A stretch of DNA of 40,283 nt, taken from a virus. Shown here in pieces: positions 24,691-33,987 of the stretch. The notes under the pieces are model-generated. The model was not told the DNA's origin, searched no databases, and was given only the letters and a program-made list of their open reading frames with translations. The number at the start of each line of letters is the position of its first letter. The stretch's first letter is position 1. The translations under genes and the position numbers were made by a program. The DNA is taken from positions 1 through 40,283 of IMG/VR virus record IMGVR_UViG_3300050185_000003; one strand, written 5' to 3'.

Positions 24691-25725
24691 ATGGGCGATA
24701 TCGAACGCAGGCTCAACAAGACCGCATTCAAGAAGGGCGTGACCTGGGGCACGGAGGTCGACGTCAACGTCGCCGGGACGGGGCTGCTGGCGCTCAACGC
24801 GGGCGCCCCCAAGCTCTCGATGTCCGGCATCGAGGAGGAGTCAGCCGCCTCCGCGAACGAGACGGACCTGGACTTCGCCGAGGTCAACGCCTCGGATTTC
24901 AGCTGCGATGTCGACTACCGCTACAACGGCATCGAGAACATTCTCCTGGCCATGCTCATGGGCACGGCTGGGACCCCGGCGCAGCAGGGGGCCACGACCG
25001 CCTATTTGCACACGCTCCAGATGGCCAACAGCCGGGCCGGCCTGTTCGGCACCTACGCCACCGAGAAGCTGGGCAAGATTCATGTCGTGCCCTCGCTCAA
25101 GGTGATGAAGTACACGCTGTCTCTGAATAAGGGGCTGCTCAAGGCCAGCTTCGGCGTCCGCGGAGACCGCGTCATCGACAACAGCTCGGTCATCACGGCC
25201 ATGTCCTCGGTCACCTACCCGGACAAGCACAACCGGGCCCGGTTCTACCAGGGCGTCTGGCGGATGAACGCCCAGAGCGGGGCCGCGCTGGCGACGGGGG
25301 ACATCATCAAGCCGAAGTCGTTCCAGCTGGAGATCGATGTCCCGATGGACAGCGAGCGCGAGAATGGTCGCTACATCGTCGAGCCCAGGGAGAACGGCAA
25401 GCCCAAGGTCAAGCTGACCTTGGAGTTCCCGCGCATGGACACGGTCAACGACGACTACTTCTCGGAATGGATGGCCGAGACCGAGAAGAAGCTGGACCTG
25501 ACCTTAACCGGCGCCCTTATCGCCTCGACCTACTATTACGGGAAGATCTTCCAGTTCCCGCGGCTGAAGATCGAGGACGTGGAGTACGCGGATTCCAACG
25601 TCATCCCCGCGAAGCTCGTTCTGCGCGGCCTCGAGGCGGACGCGGCCCCGACCGGCATGACCGGGATCACCAAGCCCGTTCAGATCGGCATCATGAACAC
25701 CAGGACGACCGACCTGCTGGCCTGA
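24691..25725 (+). CDS. putative major tail (tube) protein
   Basis: 344 aa with AAGGAGG upstream. The gene lies immediately before the chaperone/frameshift pair and the tape measure. The call is positional only. Confidence 0.55.
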   Translation: MGDIERRLNKTAFKKGVTWGTEVDVNVAGTGLLALNAGAPKLSMSGIEEESAASANETDLDFAEVNASDFSCDVDYRYNGIENILLAMLMGTAGTPAQQGATTAYLHTLQMANSRAGLFGTYATEKLGKIHVVPSLKVMKYTLSLNKGLLKASFGVRGDRVIDNSSVITAMSSVTYPDKHNRARFYQGVWRMNAQSGAALATGDIIKPKSFQLEIDVPMDSERENGRYIVEPRENGKPKVKLTLEFPRMDTVNDDYFSEWMAETEKKLDLTLTGALIASTYYYGKIFQFPRLKIEDVEYADSNVIPAKLVLRGLEADAAPTGMTGITKPVQIGIMNTRTTDLLA

Positions 25726-25727
25726 TC

Positions 25728-26132
25728 ATGGGAAATCTGAAAGCCGACTTCAAGCCCCTCACGGACTGGGTCGAGATCAAGCTCGATCTCAGCCCCGAGG
25801 TCATGGACCCGCCGACGCTCAAGGTAAAGCTGGGACCGTCCTCGATGGATGAGCTGCAGGACCTGATCAACCCCTCAGGGCCGAACAAGATCTCCGGGAT
25901 GCTGCGCCAGGTCATCTCTGACGCGATCGTCGAGTGGGATCTGACCCTGAACGGGGAAGCCGTTCCCTGCACGGGTGAGAACAAGAGGAAGTATCTCCGG
26001 CACCTTGTCGGGCAGCGCGTCCTCGAGGTGAACGGGCAGCCTCTCCGGAAGGACATCGATGGGATCGGCACCCTCCTGGGAGGCCAGATCCTGGAGATCT
26101 CGGGCGATCCGAAGAGCTTCCTAAAAAACTGA
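25728..26132 (+). CDS. tail assembly chaperone (gpG-like, zero-frame product)
   Basis: Internal ATG 25728. The gene ends ..CTA AAA AAC TGA, so it carries the slippery heptamer at its last codons, and it lies directly upstream of the tape measure. Confidence 0.7.
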   Translation: MGNLKADFKPLTDWVEIKLDLSPEVMDPPTLKVKLGPSSMDELQDLINPSGPNKISGMLRQVISDAIVEWDLTLNGEAVPCTGENKRKYLRHLVGQRVLEVNGQPLRKDIDGIGTLLGGQILEISGDPKSFLKN

Positions 26133-26482
26133 TCGCCTACCTGGAGCTGTACAGCGAGCGGCACGCTGAGATCCTCAAGCCCGGGGATCACCAGCACCAG
26201 GTAGGGGAGCAAGGCCGGGAGGACTGCATGAACTGCATTCTTGCCGGGAAGGCCAGGAACATGAGCCGATTCGAAGTCCAGTGCTTCAACTGGTACTGCG
26301 ACAACGTCACCGACTTCACGCGCGAAGCCGGTCTGGTCGGCGACCTGGTTCGTGATCTTGAGCTTGCCGGGATCGTCAAGAAGCTCTTTCTCCAGGCGAT
26401 GAACAGGATCAAGGCGGCTTTCTCCAACATCGAGGCGGATATCGCGCGTCGACAGATGGACCAGGCTCGAAAGGCTTACTGA
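25728..26482 (+). CDS. tail assembly chaperone frameshift product (gpGT-like), -1 shift at 26123..26129
   Basis: The -1 frame is open from 26129 (CTG ATC GCC TAC ...) and runs into ORF-track entry 26228..26482. The coordinate arithmetic was checked: 25728 is frame 0 and 26228 is frame 2. Confidence 0.65.
26123..26129 (+). promoter_or_regulatory. programmed -1 ribosomal frameshift slippery heptamer A AAA AAC
   Basis: Read directly. It fits X XXY YYZ in the correct phase with the chaperone reading frame. Confidence 0.7.
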
Positions 26483-29142
26483 TGGCCGACATTAAGTTCC
26501 TCGTCTCGATCGACACTAAGGCGGGCACCGCCTCCCTGAAAGAGTTCGAGGGGGCTGTCGACGGGTTGGGGAAGACTGGAAGCCGGGCGGGCAGCCAGTT
26601 TCAAGACGGCCTGATCGCAAAGATCGCGGCCGGCGTCACCATCGCGAACCTAGCGACGAAGGCCTGGCACGGGTTCGTCGGGATCGGGAATGAGGCCGTG
26701 CAAGGAGCTATGGCCCAGGAGCAGGCCGACGCCGACCTGACGGCAGCTCTTGAGCTGACGGGCCGAACCGTCAAGGCCAACCGAGACCATTACCTGGCCT
26801 TTGCCCAAGCCCAGCAACTGGTTACGAAATACCAGGATGAGGAAATCGAGAGGTCCCAAGCCCTGCTCCTGCAGGTGACCAACCTCGATCAAAAGGGAAT
26901 CGACCGGGCCATGAAGGGGGCGATGGGCCTCGCCTCCGTTATGGGGATGGACCTGTACAGCGCGACGATGGCCGTGACCAAGGGCATGGAGGGCAACTAC
27001 CAAGCTCTCGGCCGGGTCGGGCTCAAGGTCGATGAGAACCTGTCCGCGGAGCAGAAGCAGGCTTCCCTCCTCTCCCAGCTCGAGGCGCTCTATGGCCGAT
27101 CGACTGCCGAGATCAACACCTACGGCGGAGGCGTCAATCAACTCAAGAAGTCCTGGAGCGAGGCGCTTGAAACATTAGGAACGGCGGTCACGAAGAACGA
27201 AGGGATCCAGAAGATCGTTAAAGACGTCACCAAGGTCCTCCAGGATTTCGTGGCCGATGGGACGGCCGAGGAGTGGGCCGAGAAAGTCAGCCGAGCTCTG
27301 GATACGATCGTCCGTTCCGTGACCATGCTTCGGACGATGGCCAAGGGGCCGACGGGCTGGGGCCAAGCGATCGCCGACGAGCTGGTCCCGCTCGATCAGG
27401 CGTCCCAGGATATGGCCGATCGGAACAAGCAGCGCGTCCGGGAGTTCCGGGATTCGCTCGAAAACTTCCACCCGACGATGGCCACGCTTCGGGATGAAAT
27501 CGAGAAAGGGGAAGCCAGCTGGTCTGCCTACACGACCCGTCTCTCCGCTGCGGACAAGGCTTTCACCCAAAGCAAGGGACCGATCACCGATTGGATCAAG
27601 GGTGTCCTGGGGATCAAAGAAGCGACCAACGAGACGGGGAATGAGGTTAAGGAGAAATCCCAGGAGATCGCCAAGTTCATCCGCGACATGAACAAAGATG
27701 TCGCGGCCAGCACGAAGGCCCAGTTCGACGCCTCCCGCGAAGCCGCAAGAGCTGAGTACAGGGACCGGCTCGATACCGTCAACAAGATGAAGGGGACTGA
27801 GGCCGAGCATGCTTCCGCCCGGGCGGCCGCGGCTTCTGCGCTCTCGGCCAAGCTAAAGAAGATCGATCTTGACGAAGCTGAGGCCATAGAGAAGATCAGG
27901 GCGGATCTGACCAACAAGATTGCGGCCGGATACGAGGACCAGTACCAGGCCGCCAGGATCGCGGCAGACAATGAGTACCGCGAATCGGAAGCCAATATTG
28001 CCAAGACCGTGAAGGCCGGCGAGGAGCGGGATCAGCTGCTGATCTTGTCGGCCCAGGCCAGGGCCGCGGCGATGGCCAACATCGATCGCGAGGAGGCCGC
28101 TCATCGAGGCGATCTTCAGAAAAAGATCGCCGACGGAGCGAAGGCCTACGACGAAGAGCGGAAGAACGTCTACAAAGCCTATGTCTCGGCCGCGAGCGAG
28201 GCCCAAAACGCTCTCGCCATGATCGGGAAGAAGGGCTTCGCGGCGGAGCTGCTGCAGCTGCGCCAGGAGAAGGCGGCCAAGATCCAGGCCATCAAAGACG
28301 ACGAGAAGATGGCCGGCAACCATAAGGCCGAGCTGATCGAGATCTGGGAAGGCTACTACAAGAAAGCCGAAAAACAGGCCAAGCAGGCCAAGATCGTCGA
28401 ATACGCGAGCATGGCCTTCGACGCCATCGCCCAAGTCGCAACGGCGGCGCTTTCGAGCGTGGCCCAGAAGTGGCAGCAGTTCTACGAAAATCAGCTTGCC
28501 CTCACCGAAAAGGAATATGAGGGCAAGAACAACGCCCTGGACGACTGGTACGAGCAGCAGAAAGAAGCGATCGAGAACAGCGTCTCGACGGAAGAGGAGA
28601 AGCAGGCCGCCCTCGAGGCTCTCGACAAGGAATACGCTCAGAAGCAGGAGGCGCTCCAGAAAGAGCAGGAGGCCAAAGAGTGGGGCCTGAAGAAGAAGGC
28701 CTTCGAGGCCCAGAAGAAGGTCGACATCGAGACGGCCTATATCACGATGGCCAGCTCGATTCTCTCCGCTCTGGCGACGAAGCCGTTCCTCGTCGGCCTG
28801 GCGATGGCGGCCCTTGCCGGCACCCTGGGCATGATCCAGATCAACGCCATCAAGCAGAGGTCTTTCCCCCTGGCCGGGGGGGCGATTTTCAGAGAGCCGA
28901 CCCAGTTCGTCACAGCAGGGGGTCGGTCGTTCGAGACCGGAGACGACGGCGTCGAGATCATGCAGACCGAGAAGATGCTGCGCCGGATCGTCCGGGAAGA
29001 GACGGGCGGAAGGTCCGGAGCAAAGATTATCCACGTGCACAACTATATGGGCGGAAAAAAGGTCGACGAGTACATCATCAAGGTCGCCAACGACGGCTTC
29101 CAGACCGGGCAGATTCGGACCTACTACCGGAACATGAATTGA
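26482..29142 (+). CDS. tail tape measure protein
   Basis: 886 aa, largely Ala/Glu/Lys/Gln helical, with a hydrophobic segment (FLVGLAMAALAGTLGMIQI) near the C-terminus. The start overlaps the GT stop. Confidence 0.85.
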   Translation: MADIKFLVSIDTKAGTASLKEFEGAVDGLGKTGSRAGSQFQDGLIAKIAAGVTIANLATKAWHGFVGIGNEAVQGAMAQEQADADLTAALELTGRTVKANRDHYLAFAQAQQLVTKYQDEEIERSQALLLQVTNLDQKGIDRAMKGAMGLASVMGMDLYSATMAVTKGMEGNYQALGRVGLKVDENLSAEQKQASLLSQLEALYGRSTAEINTYGGGVNQLKKSWSEALETLGTAVTKNEGIQKIVKDVTKVLQDFVADGTAEEWAEKVSRALDTIVRSVTMLRTMAKGPTGWGQAIADELVPLDQASQDMADRNKQRVREFRDSLENFHPTMATLRDEIEKGEASWSAYTTRLSAADKAFTQSKGPITDWIKGVLGIKEATNETGNEVKEKSQEIAKFIRDMNKDVAASTKAQFDASREAARAEYRDRLDTVNKMKGTEAEHASARAAAASALSAKLKKIDLDEAEAIEKIRADLTNKIAAGYEDQYQAARIAADNEYRESEANIAKTVKAGEERDQLLILSAQARAAAMANIDREEAAHRGDLQKKIADGAKAYDEERKNVYKAYVSAASEAQNALAMIGKKGFAAELLQLRQEKAAKIQAIKDDEKMAGNHKAELIEIWEGYYKKAEKQAKQAKIVEYASMAFDAIAQVATAALSSVAQKWQQFYENQLALTEKEYEGKNNALDDWYEQQKEAIENSVSTEEEKQAALEALDKEYAQKQEALQKEQEAKEWGLKKKAFEAQKKVDIETAYITMASSILSALATKPFLVGLAMAALAGTLGMIQINAIKQRSFPLAGGAIFREPTQFVTAGGRSFETGDDGVEIMQTEKMLRRIVREETGGRSGAKIIHVHNYMGGKKVDEYIIKVANDGFQTGQIRTYYRNMN

Positions 29143-29149
29143 GGCGGCT

Positions 29150-29911
29150 ATGACCAAGGCCAGAATCGCTTACGATAACTTCCTCCGGGACGCTACCATC
29201 CTGGCCGTCTCCTCCGAGGATCCTCAGTTCCCGGCCGAGTACACACAGGACGACAACATCGCCGAGATGGTCTTCCGGTCTCTTTCCTGCGCCTCGGCCG
29301 TGACTGTCGATTACGACCTGGAATCAGCGAAGACCTACAACTACGTGATCCTCCTGGGCCACCGGTGTACGAGTGGGGCGACGATCAAGGTCATCGGCGC
29401 CGATGACTCCGCCTTCTCCTCCGGTGTGGTCGAGGATACCCTGACCTACAACGGGAACAATATCCGCCAGTACCTGAGCACGGCCCGGACCAAGAGGTAC
29501 ATCCGGATCTCTGTCACCGATACCTCCAATCCGGACGGCTTCATCCAGTTCAGCGTCCCGGGGCTGTTCTTCTACTGGCAGCCGGAGCGCTCCTTCGGCC
29601 CTCGATCTCATGGCGTGATTGACGGCTCGGAGGTAAACCAGACCCCCAGCGGGGCCGTCTTTTCGGTCCGCTCCGAGCCCAAGCCGGGCGGCATGACCCT
29701 GACCTTCAAGGGCGGATCGGGCACCGATTGGTCCGGATTCATGGCCATGTTCGCCAAGGTCGGCGTCGAGCGGGCCTTCGATCTCTGCATGGATTACAAC
29801 AGCCCCAACTCCTACGGCTACTGGGTCATCCTGACCGGCCTGCAGTACCCGGACCAGGGCGGGCACTACGACTATTGGACCGTCACAATGGACCTTAAGG
29901 AGCATGCCTGA
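29150..29911 (+). CDS. putative distal tail / minor tail protein
   Basis: The call is positional (the first gene after the tape measure). 253 aa. Confidence 0.5.
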   Translation: MTKARIAYDNFLRDATILAVSSEDPQFPAEYTQDDNIAEMVFRSLSCASAVTVDYDLESAKTYNYVILLGHRCTSGATIKVIGADDSAFSSGVVEDTLTYNGNNIRQYLSTARTKRYIRISVTDTSNPDGFIQFSVPGLFFYWQPERSFGPRSHGVIDGSEVNQTPSGAVFSVRSEPKPGGMTLTFKGGSGTDWSGFMAMFAKVGVERAFDLCMDYNSPNSYGYWVILTGLQYPDQGGHYDYWTVTMDLKEHA

Positions 29912-32900
29912 TGGCTGTGCTTCTGACGCCCACCCTGGCCGTCTCGATCACATCCCCCACGGCGGCCAGGCTCACGATCGGGAATGTCGGCGTTGGAACC
30001 GTCAACATCGAGATCGAGCGCAAGGCGGCTGGCGGGTCGTTCGCCTTGGTGGAGACAATCGGCGGATCCGGAACCGTCCTCTGGGATGACAACAGCCTGG
30101 TCGACGGAACGGCCTGGACATGGCGGGTAAGGCTGACTGACGGGGCCGGGAGCTATGGTTCCTACAGCTCCGAGGAGAGCGGAACGACTCTGCTGCCTGC
30201 GGCCGATGGGCTCTATACCGTAGGCTCCCCGACCTCCGTCGATCTCCATTGGACCCGCAGGGCCCAGAACAACACCGGAGTGAAGATCTGGCGGACCGGC
30301 GCAGGGGGGGCCACGTTCGGCTTGCTCTATACCGGGACGACGCCCTCGGAAGTGTCCTATACGGACAACACCGTATCCCCTGGCCAGACCTATAAATACT
30401 ATGTCGAGACTTATAACTCCCTGACCTCAGCCGACAGTTCCGAGGTAAGCGTCTTCACGGCGGACCCTCCGAATGCTCCCACCCTGACCGCCCTGATGGC
30501 CCTGGGGACGACATCCCTCCGGGGGGTGATCCAGGACAACTCCGACAACGAGGAAGGCTTCACCTGGGAGTGGGGGACGGACGGGGTGACCTTCGGATCG
30601 TCCGGAACGACAGGCCCGAACATCACCACGTTCGACATGACGGGGTTGACCTCGAATCAGCGCTACTACGTCCGGGTCATGGCTACGAATGCCAGCGGAT
30701 CAAGCGCGTACTCGAATGTGCTCTCCCTCTCGACTCTGGCGGCCGTGGCGCCGCCCCGGCTGGCGGTTACTCCCTGGGGATCCGGTCGGATCGAATGTGT
30801 CCTGACGGACTGCTCGGAGCTGGAGACCGATCACAGGATCGAGCGGCGGGTGAAAGATGCCTACGCCTACACAGCCGACCTTTCGGGCGGAATGACGTTT
30901 TCATCCGATTCCGAGTACTCCGGATCCCATCTCGATGACAACGCCTTCGACAATAGCGCCGCGACGGGCTGGGCCAGCCTGGATGTCGCTATGCCCCATT
31001 GGATTAGCGTGGACTTTGGGTCTGGCGTAACGAAGACGATCCGGAAGCTGACGCTGCATCCGCCCGAATACGGATTGGGGGCGAGGGTCAAGGATTTTAC
31101 CTTGGACGCATCGGCCGACGGATCGTCATGGACAACGATTTATACTGGCCAGTGCTCGGATAGCGCCACAGCGCAGACCTTCCTTTTTGCCAATGCCCTC
31201 GCTAGGAGATACTGGCGCGTCACCGTCACCTCAAGCTGGGACACGGGCTCGCCGAATATCGCCCACATTCTTGAAATCGAGATGATGGAATACTCCTTGA
31301 CCGATTACGTTGAGATTGCCACCCTCGAGCCGAACAGGGAGTTCTACCCCGACACCGGGCTCACGGCCGGGGTCACCTACGAATATCGCGCCCGGGCCCG
31401 GCAAGCCGGCTCCCCGGACGTCTACTCGGCTTATTCCGATGTCGTCTCTGCGACGGTCCTCTCCGCTCCGGACGCTCCAACAAGCCCGGCCGTTTCCGAG
31501 TACCAGGACACCTTCGCCCGGCTGACCTGGACGAAGAGCGCAAGCGGGAACGAGGCCGGCTATGAGATCTACAAGGCCCTCTCCGGCGGCGCCTTCTCCC
31601 TCTACAGGACGGTCGGGGCGGGGATCGAGGACTGCAGGATCTCGGGGCTGGCGGCTTCCACGGCCTATGAGTTCAAGGTCCGGGCTATCAACGCGGCCGG
31701 GAATTCGGCCTACACCAGTACCGTCTCCCTTACGACCAGGTCGTCCTACGTCCGGAGCAAATTCGAGAAGCTCCAGCTGCAGACCAAGCCGGCCGACTGG
31801 TTGGACTTGATCGAGATCAATCCCACGATCACCCTTGCCGGATGGGCTCTTTCTTCCGGCAAAACCTATACCTACCAGATCGCCCTTTCTGAGCCGGTCG
31901 GGATCCTGATTGAGGGCGTCACGGAAAACGGCGAGGATCTGGATCTCAAGGCTTCGATTGCCGAGGTGGAAGCCGCGGCCGGGTCTTTCTACTTCGACTA
32001 TGCCAGCCAGACGATCTACGTCCACCCATCTGGTTCGGATGACCCGGCCGATTACTATTACCTGGGATCTTTCTGGATGCGGTTCACGACTGGGGACACC
32101 CGTCAGGCGGCCAGCCGGCAGCCGGTGGTCCTCAACGGGAAACACTATATCCCGCTCGTCCCGTCCGATGGGATCCCAGATATCACCCAGACTATCCAGC
32201 CCCAGTATCAAGGCGATTATAAACCCGCCCATGGATCCGTCTCGCTGATCAACGGCATCTCGAAGGCCTGGGGGAATGTCGGGTTCTTCGACAAGCTGAG
32301 CGCCAGGTACAATTGGAAGGGCCGCCGGGTCCTGGCCTTGGGCGGGAGAATAGGATGGTCCTATCAGGATTTCTATCCGTTCTCCGGCGGAGTCGTAACG
32401 TCGACCAATTGGGGTGATGCCCGTTTCACGCTGACGCTGCGGGACATTCGGGAGCTCATGGGGAGAGATCTCCCGCGCTACGATTACTGGGAAAGCGACT
32501 TCCCCAACCTCGACACCAATTCCAGGGGCAAGCCGCGGCCGCTGTTTTATGGGGACATTGTCGGCTACTCGCCGGTCTGCATCGACACGGTCAACAGAGT
32601 CTTTGAGCTCAACAACGGCCGGATCTCCGGCAGCAGGACGATCAATGTCTACCAGAACGACGTTGCCCTGACCTCGGGCACCGATTGCTACATCGACTAC
32701 CAGAGGGGGCGGATCACTCTCTCCCGCAGCCTGACCTATGAATCGACAGACAAGATCACGGCGGATTTCACGGGGCGTCCCGATGATCTTGATGCTCCTA
32801 TCGAGCTCGGGCCTATGATCCTGCTCGATCTGCTGCGGCAGGAGATCGGCCTGGCTTTGGCGGACATCGATCTGGATTCGTTCTATGAGGCGGCCGAGAC

Positions 32901-33486
32901 GGCCACGACAGCCTTGGTCCTGCCGATCAGCAAGGTCCGGTCGCTGGACTCCTGCAACGAGCTCATCGAGAAGAGCTGCATGGGATGGCTTGTGCAGGAC
33001 AACAAGGGCCGCCTGGCCTTCCGCCTGCAGCAGACATCGGCTCCGAGCGGTATCCTCTACATCCCCAACGCCAGGATCAAGGACGGCTTCGCCTCGGACG
33101 ATCCCGAGGACAACACCTATGCCGGAATCGATGTCGGTTATGCCGAAGGATTTGATGGGACCTATCAGACCGTCAGGATCTACAACAACGTGGCCAGGTG
33201 GCGGGACGGAGCTCAGGACATCCTGACCATCAACACCCTGGTTCCGACCGAAGCCGCGGCCAACGCTTTGGGCACGTCGATGGCGGCGGCCCTCGGGCGC
33301 AGGATCGTAAGCTTCGAAGTCGACCGCTGCCTGTACACCGCAACGCCGGGAGACCTTGTCTATCTCTCGCGGACCCGTTACCCATCAGCCACAGGGGTAG
33401 CCGCTAACGTGCTGTGCCGGGTCATGAGCCTGACGAAGTCCAGGTCGACGGGATCCACCTCGGGGACTCTGTGGGAGGTCGCATAA
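29911..33486 (+). CDS. tail tip / host-specificity protein with about five fibronectin type III repeats and an inserted F5/8 type C (discoidin) domain
   Basis: FN3-like repeats end in YKYYVETYN, RYYVRVMATNASGSS, TYEYRARA and AYEFKVRAINAAGNS. The discoidin-like block reads NAFDNSAATGWAS..HWISVDFG..IRKLTL..DFTLDASADGSSWTTI..RRYWRVTVTS. A roughly 600-aa C-terminal body follows. Confidence 0.75.
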   Translation: MAVLLTPTLAVSITSPTAARLTIGNVGVGTVNIEIERKAAGGSFALVETIGGSGTVLWDDNSLVDGTAWTWRVRLTDGAGSYGSYSSEESGTTLLPAADGLYTVGSPTSVDLHWTRRAQNNTGVKIWRTGAGGATFGLLYTGTTPSEVSYTDNTVSPGQTYKYYVETYNSLTSADSSEVSVFTADPPNAPTLTALMALGTTSLRGVIQDNSDNEEGFTWEWGTDGVTFGSSGTTGPNITTFDMTGLTSNQRYYVRVMATNASGSSAYSNVLSLSTLAAVAPPRLAVTPWGSGRIECVLTDCSELETDHRIERRVKDAYAYTADLSGGMTFSSDSEYSGSHLDDNAFDNSAATGWASLDVAMPHWISVDFGSGVTKTIRKLTLHPPEYGLGARVKDFTLDASADGSSWTTIYTGQCSDSATAQTFLFANALARRYWRVTVTSSWDTGSPNIAHILEIEMMEYSLTDYVEIATLEPNREFYPDTGLTAGVTYEYRARARQAGSPDVYSAYSDVVSATVLSAPDAPTSPAVSEYQDTFARLTWTKSASGNEAGYEIYKALSGGAFSLYRTVGAGIEDCRISGLAASTAYEFKVRAINAAGNSAYTSTVSLTTRSSYVRSKFEKLQLQTKPADWLDLIEINPTITLAGWALSSGKTYTYQIALSEPVGILIEGVTENGEDLDLKASIAEVEAAAGSFYFDYASQTIYVHPSGSDDPADYYYLGSFWMRFTTGDTRQAASRQPVVLNGKHYIPLVPSDGIPDITQTIQPQYQGDYKPAHGSVSLINGISKAWGNVGFFDKLSARYNWKGRRVLALGGRIGWSYQDFYPFSGGVVTSTNWGDARFTLTLRDIRELMGRDLPRYDYWESDFPNLDTNSRGKPRPLFYGDIVGYSPVCIDTVNRVFELNNGRISGSRTINVYQNDVALTSGTDCYIDYQRGRITLSRSLTYESTDKITADFTGRPDDLDAPIELGPMILLDLLRQEIGLALADIDLDSFYEAAETATTALVLPISKVRSLDSCNELIEKSCMGWLVQDNKGRLAFRLQQTSAPSGILYIPNARIKDGFASDDPEDNTYAGIDVGYAEGFDGTYQTVRIYNNVARWRDGAQDILTINTLVPTEAAANALGTSMAAALGRRIVSFEVDRCLYTATPGDLVYLSRTRYPSATGVAANVLCRVMSLTKSRSTGSTSGTLWEVA

Positions 33487-33977
33487 TGGCCGGGAACGAA
33501 AAAGAGGTAGCTAGCAGCGCCGCCCTCGAGGACCATCTCCGGCAGAATCCTAAGGACGCCCACAAGATCTGGGAGATGGTAAAAGCCTACGTCGACGCGA
33601 AGTTCTCCCGTTACGTAGCGATGGCCAGCCCTGTTGACTTGGCCGGGTCGATGACCTGGAACGACTCCGCTTGGCACGATCTGAGTCTCGCGTCCTATGT
33701 GCCGTCGACGGTGTTCAAGATCCGAGTACAGATTGTGGCGACGGACGATGGTGTCAGCCGAGATATCCGGCTGCGCCCGAACGGATCCTCTTTGAGCAAC
33801 GGCGAGGAACGGTCGATCTGGGAAGTCGTGGATGCGGCCGACAACAACATGCAGGCTCGGCAGCTGACCGATCATCTGGAGAGCTCGATGGTCGATCAGA
33901 CCGTGGAGTACTACGCCGGGAAGAGCGGCGGGACCGTGGCGGTTTACCTGATCGGGTATTGGAAGCTCGGATTATAA
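33486..33977 (+). CDS. hypothetical tail-module protein
   Basis: Internal ATG 33486 overlaps the previous stop (TAATG). No family was recognised. Confidence 0.55.
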   Translation: MAGNEKEVASSAALEDHLRQNPKDAHKIWEMVKAYVDAKFSRYVAMASPVDLAGSMTWNDSAWHDLSLASYVPSTVFKIRVQIVATDDGVSRDIRLRPNGSSLSNGEERSIWEVVDAADNNMQARQLTDHLESSMVDQTVEYYAGKSGGTVAVYLIGYWKLGL

Positions 33978-33987
33978 GAAGCCCATT

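Noticed and set aside
27853-29157. 434-aa minus-strand ORF (also 27175..27810 and 27528..28004)
   Set aside because: These are antisense to the tape measure gene. That gene has the expected position, length, start coupling and helical composition.
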